A stretch of DNA of 64,000 bases from NCBI GenBank assembly GCA_951406725.2, contig OX597818.1, positions 101,370,001 to 101,434,000 on the forward strand, given 5' to 3'. Below the pieces are notes generated by a model. It worked only from the letters and a program-made list of their open reading frames with translations, had not been told where the DNA came from and did not search any database. Position numbers and translations under genes: made by a program. Numbering within the stretch: the first letter of the stretch is position 1; the number at the start of each line of letters is the position of its first letter. Shown here piece by piece: positions 13,161 to 25,995 of the stretch. Source of the DNA: Octopus vulgaris (taxonomy: Eukaryota).

Positions 13161-14336
13161 GAACTCAAGACATATAAGAAAAAACACAACATTACAAACC
13201 CGACAGCCAACCGTAGAGTTCGCCGCAACATGTACGAATGTTTATCTTTACATATATATGAAAATGGCGGGCTTATTCGCAATGAATTTCGGTACCAATT
13301 TGCCTACTCGGAAAAAAAATTCAGTATTGAAATATTCAGGTGAAAAATATAAATTTAAAATTTGAAATTCGTGGTGGATGCAATCAGGAATTACATTAGG
13401 ATTTCCCGAAAACTTACGAAGGGAAAAATGATTAAATTGTATCAATGATAGAGATATATATGCTTTCTTTAAAGAGCAGGGAGTGAAACATGTTAAAATG
13501 ACCGCGAAATATGCCAAAAAGTGTAGGGAACGACAATATGTTAAATTGAACACGATAAACATTATCGAAAGATTTACAACGTTCATGGCTAACATTGAAA
13601 TATCAGTTAACATTCTTATGAAATACTGTTATATATTTTGTCATGTAAGCAAGTAGATATGGGTAACGAAACGTGTATATGAATGTATGTATTCTCTGAG
13701 AATGGACTAAACAGAACAGGAGGGGACACTTGCAATGGCGTGTCGCTGATGTAATCACAGCTGTGTGACAAAAGATTTCCAGACAGTGAACCCGAAGTAA
13801 AAATAATGATGAACAAGTGAAGAACGAATATATAGTAATTGTTTAAAGATCAATCACATTTTTGGCAACAAAATATTACCGTCACGAAATGCAACAATGC
13901 ATGTTTCACCACAGGAATTCCCATCAGGAAACTTTCAAACAAATACATAAACGTATAACGGTATGTGTGTGTGTGGTGTGTGTGTGTGTGTGTGTGCGTG
14001 TGTAGATATAGACACACACAGTCCCAAACATGTATATGTATTTATGTATGATTGCATGTATATATGTATATATTTATGTGGTATTTTTTTTCCTCTTATT
14101 TCTGTTATTCTGATAACTGTTTTCAAGTCACGTTTAAAATAATAAACTGTAATCGGAAACGCTAGCAGTTAATACCTATCTGCAATCAAAGTTTTCTTGT
14201 ATTTTTTGTTGTTACTGTTTATATGAATTTTATTGCGTCATGCAACATTGCGTGGTGCGGGGCATTCAATATTTTGCATAACGGGAACACCATAAATACA
14301 TTGAATATTCAATGTTTGTCGTTTCGTTGTTTCGTA

Positions 14337-14775
14337 AGGCGTCGTGCTGGCAGAAACATTAGCACGACGGGCGAGATGCGTAGCCGTATTTCGTCTGGTG
14401 CTACATTCTGAGTTCAAATTCCGCCGAAGTCGACTTTGCCTTTCATCCTTTCGGGGTCGATAGATTAAGTACCAGTTACGTACTGGAGTCGATGTAATCG
14501 ACTTAATCCGTTTGTCTATCCTTGTTTGTCCTCTCTGTGTTTAGCCCCTTGTGGGTAGTAAAGAAATAGGTATTTCGTCTGCCGCTACGTTCTAAGTTCA
14601 AATTCCGCCGAGGTCGACTTTCCCTTTTATCCTTTCGGGGTCGATTAAATAAGTACCAGTTACGCACTGGGGTCGATATAATCGACTTAATCCGTTTGTC
14701 TGTCCTTGCTTGTCCCCTCTCCGTTTTTCACCTTGTGGGCAATAAATAAATAAGAAGCGTTAGCGCGCCGGGCGT
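14337..14775 (+). mobile_element. SINE family 2, tandem multimer
   Basis: Two near-complete bodies ...GAGTTCAAATTCCGCCGA(A/G)GTCGACTTT...CCTTTCGGGGTCGAT...TTGTGGG.AGTAAAGAAATA, plus the start of a third. Confidence 0.9.
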
Positions 14776-14889
14776 TTGGATTCGATAAAATATGTAGCAT
14801 TTGAATGCTTGGGTCAATGTAATCAAATTAATCCCTTTCAGAAAATTGGTGGCCTCCTTCCAAATTTTGAAAGCAATATAGATAAAACA

Positions 14890-15092
14890 GTAGATTGTGG
14901 TTTCGATTCCAGGACCGGATGACACGTGTTCTTGAGCAAAATATTTCATTTCCCTTTGCTCCAATCTACTCAGCTGGCAAAAATGAGTAACGCTGCGATG
15001 GACTGGCTTCCTGTCCAGCTGGAGAACACATACGCCATTGAAACCGGGAAAGCGTGCCCATGAGACTGGCTAGGGTTTAAAAGGGAGCATTT
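14890..15092 (+). mobile_element. SINE family 3 (5'-eroded)
   Basis: B-box-like GTTTCGATTCC, GTGTTCTTGAGCAAAA..CTCAGCTGGCAAAAATGAGTAA, and a 3' tail shared with 15098-15400. Confidence 0.7.
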
Positions 15093-15097
15093 ATCTC

Positions 15098-15400
15098 AAT
15101 GTCCCAGTGGTTAGGGCAGCAGACTCGCGTTCTGAGGATCGCCGCTTACATTCCCAGACCGGGTGTTGTATGTGTTTATTGAGCGAAAACACCTAAAGCT
15201 CCGCGAAGATCCGACAGGGGGTGGTGGTGACCCCTGCTGTACTCTTTCGCCCCAGATGTTTCTCACTCTTTCTTCCTGTTTCTTGAGTAATGCTGCGATG
15301 GACTGGCGTCCCATCCAGCTGGGGGGAACACATGCACCATTGATACCGGGAAACTGGGTCCATGAGCCTGTCTAGGCTTGTAAAGGGCGCATAAATAAAA
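15098..15400 (+). mobile_element. SINE family 4 (tRNA-like head, 3' tail shared with family 3)
   Basis: CCCAGTGGTTAGGGCAGCAGACTC head; tail GAGTAATGCTGCGATGGACTGGCGTCCCATCCAGCTGG...AAAGGGCGCAT. Confidence 0.7.
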
Positions 15401-16485
15401 GATTGATAAACATATTTCCGCGTTCAGAGAACATCTAACACAACATAAATATATAACGCTATTTTATTTATTGCTGTACTTGGACACACATTTTTGTTCC
15501 TTCTTTTGCCATCATTACACTTGTATACATATATGTACGTGTGTGTGACTCTGTGGGTGTATGTGTGAGTGCACGTGTGTGTATATATATATACTTGCTG
15601 ATATGTATGTAGATATATGAATATGTATATATACATATGTACATTTTCATAACATAAGTGTGTTCGTATATCTGTTTGTGCTTGTGTACATGAATCTATG
15701 TGGATATGAGTAAATGCTCGTGTGTGAGTTTGCATTTTCAATTATTTATTCCACAGGGTATTGGATAAAGTTTCAAGTACTTATAATACAATTCCATCTG
15801 TGTATTTTATCTCTGTATATTATTCTATAATTTCATCGTATTTCTTCACAGGGTAGCATTAAATTACCAAACGAATTACTTACGGAAACTGAAAAGTATA
15901 TATATCTACAAAATATCACAAGGTACTTTTAGCAATTACATTACATCTCACTATAAGCCTTTGTGTGTTTCCTATTTCCATGGATTCTTCGAATGAAGCA
16001 TTCTCTAATTTCAACAATGATTTATATGTTAGCGATGCGGTGTATATAAATTCTACACGCTGTATAAACGTCTTTACATTCAACGAAGAATATGAAAAAC
16101 TATCATTACTGTTCGCGTAGAGGTCATCGACAATTGATAATATCCCACGAAATCAGGGTTAGAAGAAACGCAAAGTCTCTTAATCCATATCCGTAATATA
16201 GAGTCGAATTTCTATTTCCATCATAGCTTCGGGGATTTTCGTAGAAACACGTACGGTGTATAATTATCGAGTATATGCCCCATTAAGAAGGTTAAAGCCA
16301 AAACCTGGAATCTCATCAATCACCCATCCATTCGTTTTCTTCTTCATTCTACATGCCGTCACTCGCTTTCCTTTCTGAAATTACTCTTCTGCTCTTCATA
16401 TTCCTCCATTACTTACTTTCCCTCTCTTACTCTCTAGTTCTCATTTTCCCTCTCTCTACATCCCTCTTTTTCACCCTCTCTTTCT

Positions 16486-16543
<58 letters not shown>

Positions 16544-16974
16544 ATATGTGTGTATGTATTTATGTATGTATATACATATATATATATATATACACGATTG
16601 TATGTACACTTAAATACGTACATATTTGCAAACAGACATACAAGTATAGATTGTATACATATACATATATACTTAGAAGGTAGATAGACAGGTACGTAGA
16701 TATTTTGGTGCAGGGGTGCAGGCATGTTAATAACGAATTGTCCTTCAGGCTTACTGGTTCATCACGAACTCGCATTCATATTAACTTTGAAATGAGACGG
16801 TAAGATTGTTTTCGACTGATGTGCTATTATAATCCCAATTTAATTCTTCACAAAGGTCCAGAAGCAAAATGGAAGCCTTCCCAGCTGAAGTCTTATTGTC
16901 AAAGCGTACTGCAGGTGAATATAATTACATTATAAATGCGTGTATGCAGATGTGCTTGCATGCGCCATAATATT

Positions 16975-17192
16975 CTTCTTTTTTTCTTCTTTTTCTTCTT
17001 CTTCTTCTTCTTCTTCTTCTTCTTCTTCTTCTTCTTCTTCTCCTTCTTCTACACCTTCTTTTTCTTCTTCTACACCTTCTTCTTCTTCGTCTCCTAACTC
17101 ATCATCCGCCTTTTTCTCCTTCTCAGCCTCTTCCTCTTCTTCTTCTACGCTCTCCACTCCTCTTCTTCTTCTTCTTATGAATTTCATTATTG

Positions 17193-17254
<62 letters not shown>
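16975..17254. repeat. (CTT)n then (ATT)n microsatellites
   Basis: Directly visible. Confidence 0.95.
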
Positions 17255-17807
17255 GAGTGAGAGCGCAGTGCATGCCATCAAAGTGACACTGGGGTAAAAT
17301 ATACGAAGCCCAGTATACCCATTATCACAAACCGTCTGAAAAGGGTACACTAGGCACATGCATCACAACCATATGTGACGACATGGTGATCTCATATCAA
17401 GATAACCAGCACATGACCTTGCAGGTGGGGCCCAGTTAGAATTTTCTTCAGGTCGGGTAACCCATCCCACTCGAAAGGTCCCTGAATAAGGGTTGTTTAA
17501 GGATGTTGAACGAAACACCCATGTTTTCAGAGGTGAATTATTCAAACCCCAAAGAATCCCTCTCAACACACGGCTATGATGCTCCCCCACTACTTCTGCT
17601 CGGGATCAGAGATGCACATATCGTCAGCCACTAAGGGACATGCTCAACTGGTTAAGGTCAAACAACTGACAAGCAAATCTGTGGTATTGAGCAGAATATT
17701 TGCTGTAGCCCACCTTTTATATCAAGACAAAACAATGTACATGATAACACTTCCAATCAGTTAAGATCAGAAGCCATGAGAGCCACTGCCTGGTACTGCT
17801 TCAGGGC

Positions 17808-17809
<2 letters not shown>
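17255..17809 (-). mobile_element. ~560-bp non-coding element embedded in (TAA)n
   Basis: Reverse complement of 26030-26577. Flanked on both sides by (ATT)n, i.e. (AAT)n on the element strand. Confidence 0.9.
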
Positions 17810-17889
<80 letters not shown>

Positions 17890-17890
<1 letters not shown>

Positions 17891-17976
17891 TTCAGGTCAC
17901 TGCTTGGACCTATGGCATAGTGGTTAAGAGCGCGGGCTACTAACACCAGGATTCCGTGTTCGATTCCAAACAGTGA

Positions 17977-18047
<71 letters not shown>

Positions 18048-18188
18048 TCGAAAAATACCATAGGAATGAAAACCCAGGTTCGAAATTTGCCCAAGACAAC
18101 CGACGAAGGCTGGATGGTATATCAGCCGAAATATGTAACTAATGTAAATAATATACGCAATTCGTCATCTCTTAAATATAGAACTGTA
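17890..18188 (+). mobile_element. Composite SINE: tRNA-like head + (AAT)n + degenerate hammerhead module
   Basis: A box TGGCATAGTGG and B box GTTCGATTCC; 19-bp inverted repeat at 17890-17908 / 17965-17983. The 3' module is homologous to 46905-47095 and 54495-54660, with CCGACGA-AGGCTG..CAGCC-GAAA. Confidence 0.75.
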
Positions 18189-18194
18189 TCGCCA

Positions 18195-19900
18195 TAATTG
18201 CTCTGTTTGTCGCGTTTTACCTTGATAATGTAGTCACCAACGAGACATTCTGTATTGATTATCATACATGTCCTTCATTTATATTTTCACCACGTTAATA
18301 TTCGCTTTCCGATGTCTGACGAGGTGATCCCACTGAATCATTGCATCCCACAGGTTTTTCAATTTTTATTCTCGGCAATTCCTGGGATTTTCTCATACCA
18401 AGTTTTTGCTCTTTTGTAGGAGGTGATTTTCAAAAAGCTTCCATCGGATCATTCTTGCCGTAATGTCATGGCTTCTTTTGTCTTCGCGTTGTGCCAATTT
18501 CGGTCATTCGCTGACTATGTACCATATCGTTTTACCTCTCCCACCACACGTTCTGCATTTGTCGCTGCCGTTACTATTGTCGATTCTACATTCTCATATT
18601 TAAATCCTCAAAGCTTGTTTTTATGCTGCGCTTATGTAAGTGATTTTCTCTCCATCTCCAGGTCACTCCTCTATAGACAACAGTCTTCTGTATCTATCTT
18701 GTCGTTCATATCATTTGCAAACTGACCATACATGTTTCTTTTTTTGTGTTCTTTTCCTCTTTATGTTTTTCTTCCTCTACACAATTAGCACTTTTAAGAT
18801 GCCGGACTTCTTTACTATTTTTAACAATAGTTCCACGGGTTTTTTTTACATAATACCTTAATCTGTTCTCCTCTGTTTTGACAAACTAATAAAACATCTG
18901 GCAACTAATAAAATATCTCCTGCCCTTTCTCCTGGACAGTCACTGTCTACCAGAGTCACTCTTAGTGTGGAAATATCCGTGCACAGTCAATATATTTCTT
19001 GTCTATTTATCCTTGTTAATCAGTTGTTTCTTTTGCCAGTTTATATTTGTAGCCCCATACCGAAGTGATGCAATCACCCATGCATTATCTAATGGAATTT
19101 TATTATATCCGGTTAATTGTGAGCGCAACTGCAATCTTAGCCTCCAGAAGTATTATATCGTCGGTTGTTCTTTCATTTATTTCTCCATGAAGAGGCGGTG
19201 GTTGATTCTTCGGGATTTTATCTTTATCTGATATCCCAGGTTTAGTTTCCTAAGTACCACGGTCAAAGGCATCATTCAAAGATTAAAAAATCAAGAGTGA
19301 TAAGCTATCCCCTTCAACATCCTTCTTCTGATACCCCGTGTGCCCAAGCTTCGTTCGTACTATGTTACCTCAATTTTCTAACCCACCATACTTCCCTTCA
19401 GAAAATATATTACATTCTTCAAAATTCAAAACAAATATAAACACTCGACGATCCACGAATATGGAATCGTATTATACGCTTTGCGATAGTCAATGTAGGT
19501 AATTCCTAATTTTCTTCTTCGTTTACACCCATCTTGCATTACCATTCTGTCTGTCAATATTTAGTCCTTGGCATTCTTACAATCTTTTTATTCCATCTGT
19601 AATATATCATTCCCGTCAAGTATGCACTTCTCCAATTAATCTCAGCAGTAACTTCCACATTAATGTCATACAAGAAATTGGCCTGTAATTTTCAGCAGTA
19701 TTCTCTTTTTATATATCATTCAGACACTGGACGTCCTATTGTCAACCAATCCGGGATTTCTTCTGTTCCATCGATTAACGCATTAAATTGATTTGCTATC
19801 AATTGATAGTAAATCAATGGTACCTACTGATTTTTTTTTTTATCCAAAATTCCTGTACAACATCAGGTCCTGCTCGTTACCGGTATCATCTCTCTTTATA
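18195..19900 (-). mobile_element. Highly degenerate R4/Dong-clade element (RT to RLE)
   Basis: Minus translation: AGPDVVQEFWIKK, NYRPISCMTLMWKLL, IDYRKAYNTIPYSWIVECL, KCRTCGGRGKTIWYIVSE, LWDAMIQWDHLVRHRKANI. Confidence 0.8.
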
Positions 19901-22048
19901 ACCCCTTCCGTCCATTTCATTATGTTGCATCGCTAATTGCTTCTCTGGCCGTTATTTTGTTATCGCTCCGTCTTTCTCTCAAGATATTTCCTACCGAAGA
20001 TCGTAGACTAGAAACGTCAGTACTTTTTCTATATCCCCTGAGCATTACATTAATACACCTGCATGTTTATCCTTCACCATTCTTTAACATTCATTTTCTG
20101 TAAATTGATCTATATAGATATATGTATGTGTGTGTTACTGTGTACATGTGTGTGCATATATATATGTGTTTGTATATATATATATATGTATGTGTGTGTT
20201 TGTATATATATATATATATGTGGGGGGTGTATATGTATGTGTGTATGGACCTGTGTACGTAAATGTGGGGTTATCATGTGTGTGCAAAGGCATGGGCCTG
20301 TGTGTGTGTATGGTGGTGTGAATATATCTCAAGTACATGAAGAGAATTGTGCTCACGCAAGCGTGAGTGTGAAAATGCTTCTCTTTAGCAACTGATGTAT
20401 GTATGTTCAGATGGTGTATGCACGCGTCGGTGACCCTATAGTACCCATTGATATATGTGTGTGTGTGTGTATAATATATATATATATATATATGTCTGTT
20501 AGATAATAAAACGATTGGTTTATGCCTTGTTGCTTTTATAAGTTCTGAGAATTGATGCATTGAAGTTCTCACCTAATAAGGACATTTTATTAGGATTCAA
20601 CGTGCACCCTTGGTATTTTTTTATTCAACGTATAACTTGATATCTAAATACTTAAGTAAGTTATTAGGCGAAAGTTCATCTTGGTAATCCTTGTTTCTTC
20701 TGAACGGCATTCACTGAACGAAAGACTGATGGTACAAATAGTTCAACCAGGATTACATGTGTTTTCATATAAAATAATAACAGTCGGTATATATTTTTGT
20801 GTATGTTTATATTTGCATTATAAACGTTCATTTTCAAATATCTTCCGGAGATTGTAATATAAGCAGGTGGGCTTTCGAATTTGACTACATAGAGCATCAA
20901 CGATTTGGATGGACAACTTTCATTTACGAATGCACAGGATTTTTATTTGGCGGCAATGATACAAATTAAATTAAATTATATATTATTAATCTGAGGCATA
21001 TTAAAGATTGCAATTTTGATTTGTTTTTATGATTAAATTTCATATTCAGCTTAATTTTAATTTTTCTCTCAATTATATATTGGTACACAAAGACGACATT
21101 ATTCCATGCAGTTCATATTTTGTAGTATATTACTTCAATCTTATTTGGTAACGTGTATTGTGCGTTATATTTTGCTAAGAACTTTGAACTACTTTTGCTC
21201 AAATGTATAAATTTTGAATTTTTCAAATGTATGAGCATACACAACGTGATAATTTTGTCGAATTTACAAAATTTATGAAATATAACATAATATCCAGTGG
21301 CTATTTTCAGTAAATATTTTACATCTGTTTGGTTTTGAAGAACAAGTATATATGAATTTAGGTTGTTATATACCATCAAACTATAAATATTACCATTAGT
21401 CAATACACAACATTACATAATCCACAAGTGAATAAAATCTTTATTTCATGTAACACAAAGGAGGTGAAATATAGCACGCGATATGTCCTGTAGCATATAT
21501 TCTCTTCATTAATCATGTTGAATTGCCACCAATATATATTTGTAAGCAGTCATTTCACATAACAGTAGCAGTTAATAATAAACTATATTTCATCAGATTT
21601 CAGTCATAATTCCTTTTAGGCAAATGGAATTGAATAAACGCAAACACAAAATAATTTGATTTATGAGAAAAAATCATGCAATTTACCAAATAAATATTTA
21701 CCAATTTTTGTTGCAATATTTACTAACCAACGTCCGTAGTGAAACCGTTTACTGCATGGTTATTCCGTTATGTTTTTTAAGGGAAGTTATAAATTGCCAG
21801 AAATAACAAGGCCTGAAATACTGGATTTTACAGGGTGCATAAATATGTGTGAATCCAATAGCAATAGAAAAGTGTGAATCATCTACTATGCAATAAATAA
21901 TGCATAATACCATAATATACAGCTTACATTCTCTATTCCAAGGTTTCAGAAGTTTTGTCCATAGAAATGTCTTAGCACAACATGTAAAACGGCAATACAC
22001 GAAGTGCATCTCTACATCAATAGAAGGATGCATACATATGTTAATATA

Positions 22049-22212
22049 GTGGCTGTGTGAAAAGAAGTTTGCTTTACAACCACATTACTCATATTTTGGG
22101 CAAGTGTCTTCTCCTATAGCCTCGGTCCGACCAAAACCTTGTGAGTGGTTTTATTAGAGGAAAATGAAATAAGCCCGATGTGTGTGTATATATATATTTA
22201 TGTGTGTGTGTG

Positions 22213-22259
<47 letters not shown>

Positions 22260-22270
22260 GTGTGTGTGTG

Positions 22271-22307
<37 letters not shown>

Positions 22308-22538
22308 GTATACATGTATATATGTTTATGTATGTATATATTTGTGTATGTGTGTTTGGCCCTCGAGCATCAATTAACACCCGATGTTGGTGTGTTTGAG
22401 TCCACGTAACTTAGTGGTTCGGCAATATACACCGATAGAATAAGTAGTAAGTTTTCAAAGAATAAGTCTGAAGGTCGAAATCTTCGAGTAAAAGCGGTGC
22501 TACAGCATGACCGCGGTCAAAAGACTGAAACATGTAAA
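22049..22538 (+). mobile_element. SINE family 1
   Basis: Colinear with 1423-1899, including the internal microsatellite and the tail GCGGTGCTACAGCATGACCGCGGTCAAAAGACTGAAAC. Confidence 0.85.
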
Positions 22539-23189
22539 TATACGTATATATAGAGAGAATGATATAGGTACTATGCTTTGTTATACGAACAGGAAACATA
22601 TTTAGAACGTAAATATATTTCCCCCAAAATATAAATCACTTATAAATATTAGACTGATAAAATTTAAATCAAATAACTATTTTATTAGCAAACCCAAATT
22701 GCGGTGGTTTAAGATATGGAAGTACACTTCTGTACTGGTAAAAATTACATATTCTTTAAGTACAATCCTTAGTGTAGAGTTATGTCTTGGTTATCTTAGC
22801 GTAAAAATATTTCTTAAAAAATATCTATTTGCTGTTACGAATTGTAAAAAAAGAACAACTACTCTGGTGAACAAAGAATTTGTCCGAGGAAAAGTATACA
22901 TGTATCATATGGTTTTGCATGCATAATTCTCTTTTTCACGATATCCCTCTCAGGTTCTGCCACGTGGACTGAATTTCTGTTAAGCTGTTTAGATGTGAAG
23001 TGTACGATTTTAGAATTACTCTTAATTTAAATGTTTATGAACAGGATTAACTTAATGAAATCATAAATCCACCTATCTAAGTTAATGGGAAACCAAATTT
23101 GCCAACATTGAATCGATGATTCACCGATTCTTTGTCAGTACTATGCTTGAAGTGCAGGCGTGCGATTGTATATTAAGCTTACATATTTC

Positions 23190-24420
23190 ATTCACTTTCA
23201 TAGTGCCAGCAAACTGTATAATCATCGCAAACATCTGCAATATTTACGAAGATTTAACATTCAAATCAGAAAGTCGGTGTTTCACGATATTTATTAAAAT
23301 ATACTATGAGAAGTATTTTGACTGCAACGTGGATGACAAGGATAAAAGATGTGTCCCTCATAAGTGTCATGTAACGTGTGTCTGGCCAAAGATTCCCGAC
23401 ATGTGCTTTTTCCATCCCTATGGTTTGGAGAGAACCCAAACATCTTACTACAGATTGCTACTTCTGCATGTCGAAACACTTAGTGACAACGTGTCAAGTG
23501 ATTAACATGTCAAGAAAGAAACAGAAGACATGGTGTTTAAGTCTGACTGTGCTTCAAAAGAATCACATTTGTTTAGGGATGGATATCTGAATGATCTTGC
23601 ACGGGATTTAAGCTTCTCGAAAAAGCGAGCTGAAATTCTTAGTTCCGTTTATAAAGGACTGGAGTTGTCTCCAGAAAGAGACCAAATTTAATTTTTATCA
23701 TGACCGGCATTGTGATTTTGTAATTTTTTCCTCACTTGAAGATGGTGTGGCGTTTTGTAATGATGTATATTCTTTAACGGAGGAACTTAATCACAAAGTT
23801 AGCTCGAATGACTCATCAAAAGTAAGCTGTTTGAGTCAGCAATGGAACTAGATTTCCTTCCGTTCATCTGGCCCGTGTAACTAACGTGAAGTAAATATGG
23901 GAGTATGAAGCTTCTTTTACAAAGTATCAGGTATGAGGAACATAAGTGGGATAATTCTGACATAAATGTTATGGTATTTTTACTTAGAATGCAGCTGAGT
24001 TACACTAAGTTTTCTTGCCTTCTCTGTGAATGGAAAAGTCGGGATAAGGAAAATCATAATGAAAAGAATGTGTGGCCAACATGATCTCTGTCTTCTGGAC
24101 AGAAGTATGTCATCAATCCTTCCCTTGTTGATTCCGAGAAAATATGTCTGTCTCCTTTGCTTATCAAGCTAGGATTGATGAAGAATTCCGTCAAAGGTGT
24201 CGATAGAACAGGCAAGTGATTCACGTATTTAAAAACTACATTTCCAAGTGTAAGTGACGCAAAAATCAAGGAAAGCATTTTGTTCAGCTACAGATTAGGG
24301 AGCTGATAGGAAACCAAAAGTTTGATGAAAAGATCAATGATGGTTAAAAATCTACATGGCTATCATTTAAGAAAGTTTGCAGAGAAGGTTTAGGGAATCA
24401 CAAAGAAAAGTATACTACTA
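23190..24420 (+). mobile_element. Decayed DNA-transposon transposase (superfamily not assigned)
   Basis: Fragments YFDCNVDDKDKRCVPHKC, IPMVWREPKHLTTDCYFC, LNDLARDLSFSKKRAEILSS, MQLSYTKFSCLLCEWKSRDKENH resemble a widespread metazoan transposase-derived family (recalled, not searched). Many stops and frameshifts. Confidence 0.65.
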
Positions 24421-24629
24421 TTTCTGTTTATTTTAGAAGATATGAGGAAATTTTTAGAGAAGACGAAGAAAGAGACACAGTTTTGTTGAGAATGTTATCA
24501 GAAACCGAGCATGATAAATGTTGAACTTACATATCACAGAAGAATCTGGGTGAAGTTTGTTTTGAAGAAACAGTGAGATAATTTTAGCGAAATCTGCTCT
24601 GTATTTAATACGTGCTGCTCATGACTGAA

Positions 24630-24674
24630 TATTACAGCAATAACAACGACAATTACAACAGTAACAATACTACA

Positions 24675-24728
<54 letters not shown>

Positions 24729-24798
24729 GCTACTACCACTACTGCTGCTGCTGCTGCTGCTACTGCTACTTCTACTACTACTACTTCTAATAATAATG

Positions 24799-24857
<59 letters not shown>

Positions 24858-24902
24858 CAGAATAATAATAATAATAATAATGATAATAATAATAATGATA
24901 AT

Positions 24903-24962
<60 letters not shown>
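24630..24962. repeat. (CTA)n-(CTG)n-(AAT)n compound microsatellite
   Basis: Directly visible. Confidence 0.95.
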
Positions 24963-24964
<2 letters not shown>

Positions 24965-25918
24965 GAGAGCGAATAATGCAGATATCGACAAAGCCCTGAC
25001 CCCTCAATGGCTAATGGCCTCTGGCTTAAAATCTGAAACACAGGGGTTTATCATAGCAGCTCAAGATCAATGCCTACCAACAAGAAACTACCAGGCCAAC
25101 ATATTAAAGATCAGAAGCAGTCCAACGTGTCGTGTATGGAAGCAACAAAATGAAACCATAGACCATGTGGTCTCCAAGTGCAGTCTTCTAGCGCCTACAG
25201 AGTATCTCAACAGGCACGATAGAGCTGCACAATATATTCACTGGGTAATCTGTAAAAACCTGGATTTACCCCATGAAAAAAACTGGTGGGAACACAAACC
25301 ACCCCCAGTGCTTGAAAATGACCACATCTCACTCCTCTGGAACTTCACCATTCAAACTGACAGGAAGATTGATGCAAATAGGCCAGACATCATATTGAAA
25401 GACTTCAAACAAAGAACATGCCTCCTCATTGATATGACTGTCCCAATCGATATAAACGTATCTGTCAAGACCTACCAAAAACTGAGCAAATATAAAGATC
25501 TTAAAATAGAAATCAGCAAAATGTGGAAACTGAAGACTAAAACAATACCTGTTGTCATAGGTGCCCTGGGAATGATAGCAAAAGGGGCTGATAGCTACCT
25601 AACTCAGATACCAGGAAACCCCAAAATGGCAGAAGTTCAAAAGATAGTGCTCATGGGAACTGCTCATATCCTCATATCATACTCTCTATGTAATCTCTAT
25701 GTAATCTCAAGGTTTAAAACAAACATAATTTTCGGTTTAAAAAAAAAAAATAAAAAAACCTTTTTTTTTAGACATTCATTAGTACAACATCCCCACCCCC
25801 CAAATATATGGCACACTAGGCATAACAACAACATGAACTTCCAACCCTGTTGTCTCTTGAGGTCTCTGGGTGAGACTTGGAGCCAACTTGTACAAATATA
25901 AAGCAAAAGTCAAACATA

Positions 25919-25920
<2 letters not shown>
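24963..25920 (+). mobile_element. 5'-truncated R4/Dong element (zinc knuckle + RLE + 3' UTR) inserted in (AAT)n
   Basis: AAQDQCLPTRNY, CRVW..HVVSKC, RHD, NRPDIILKD, LLIDMTVP, KLSKYKDL. Closely matches 53535-54478. (AAT)n on both sides. Confidence 0.92.

Positions 25921-25992
<72 letters not shown>

Positions 25993-25995
<3 letters not shown>

Larger units (their letters stand above)
12471..13362 (-). mobile_element. Tandem 497-bp non-coding repeat (1.8 copies), each unit with a type I hammerhead; retrozyme / Penelope pLTR-like
   Basis: Units start ATTATATAGAGGGTACTATT at ~12471 and ~12968 (offset 497). Preceded by (TA)n. Confidence 0.85.

Noticed and set aside
12551-13365. Duplicated 94/105-aa ORFs
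   Set aside because: TTG starts, no recognisable domain and different C-termini; they are antisense to the HHR-bearing non-coding unit.
17907-17975. tRNA gene
   Set aside because: A and B boxes are present but there is no convincing cloverleaf; it is the head of a SINE.
18310-18350. HHR-like GATGT CTGACGA GGTG-ATCC-CACT GAAT CATT GCATC
   Set aside because: GAAU replaces GAAA, and it is the antisense of R4 RLE coding sequence (LWDAMIQWDHLVRHR), so it is probably coincidental.
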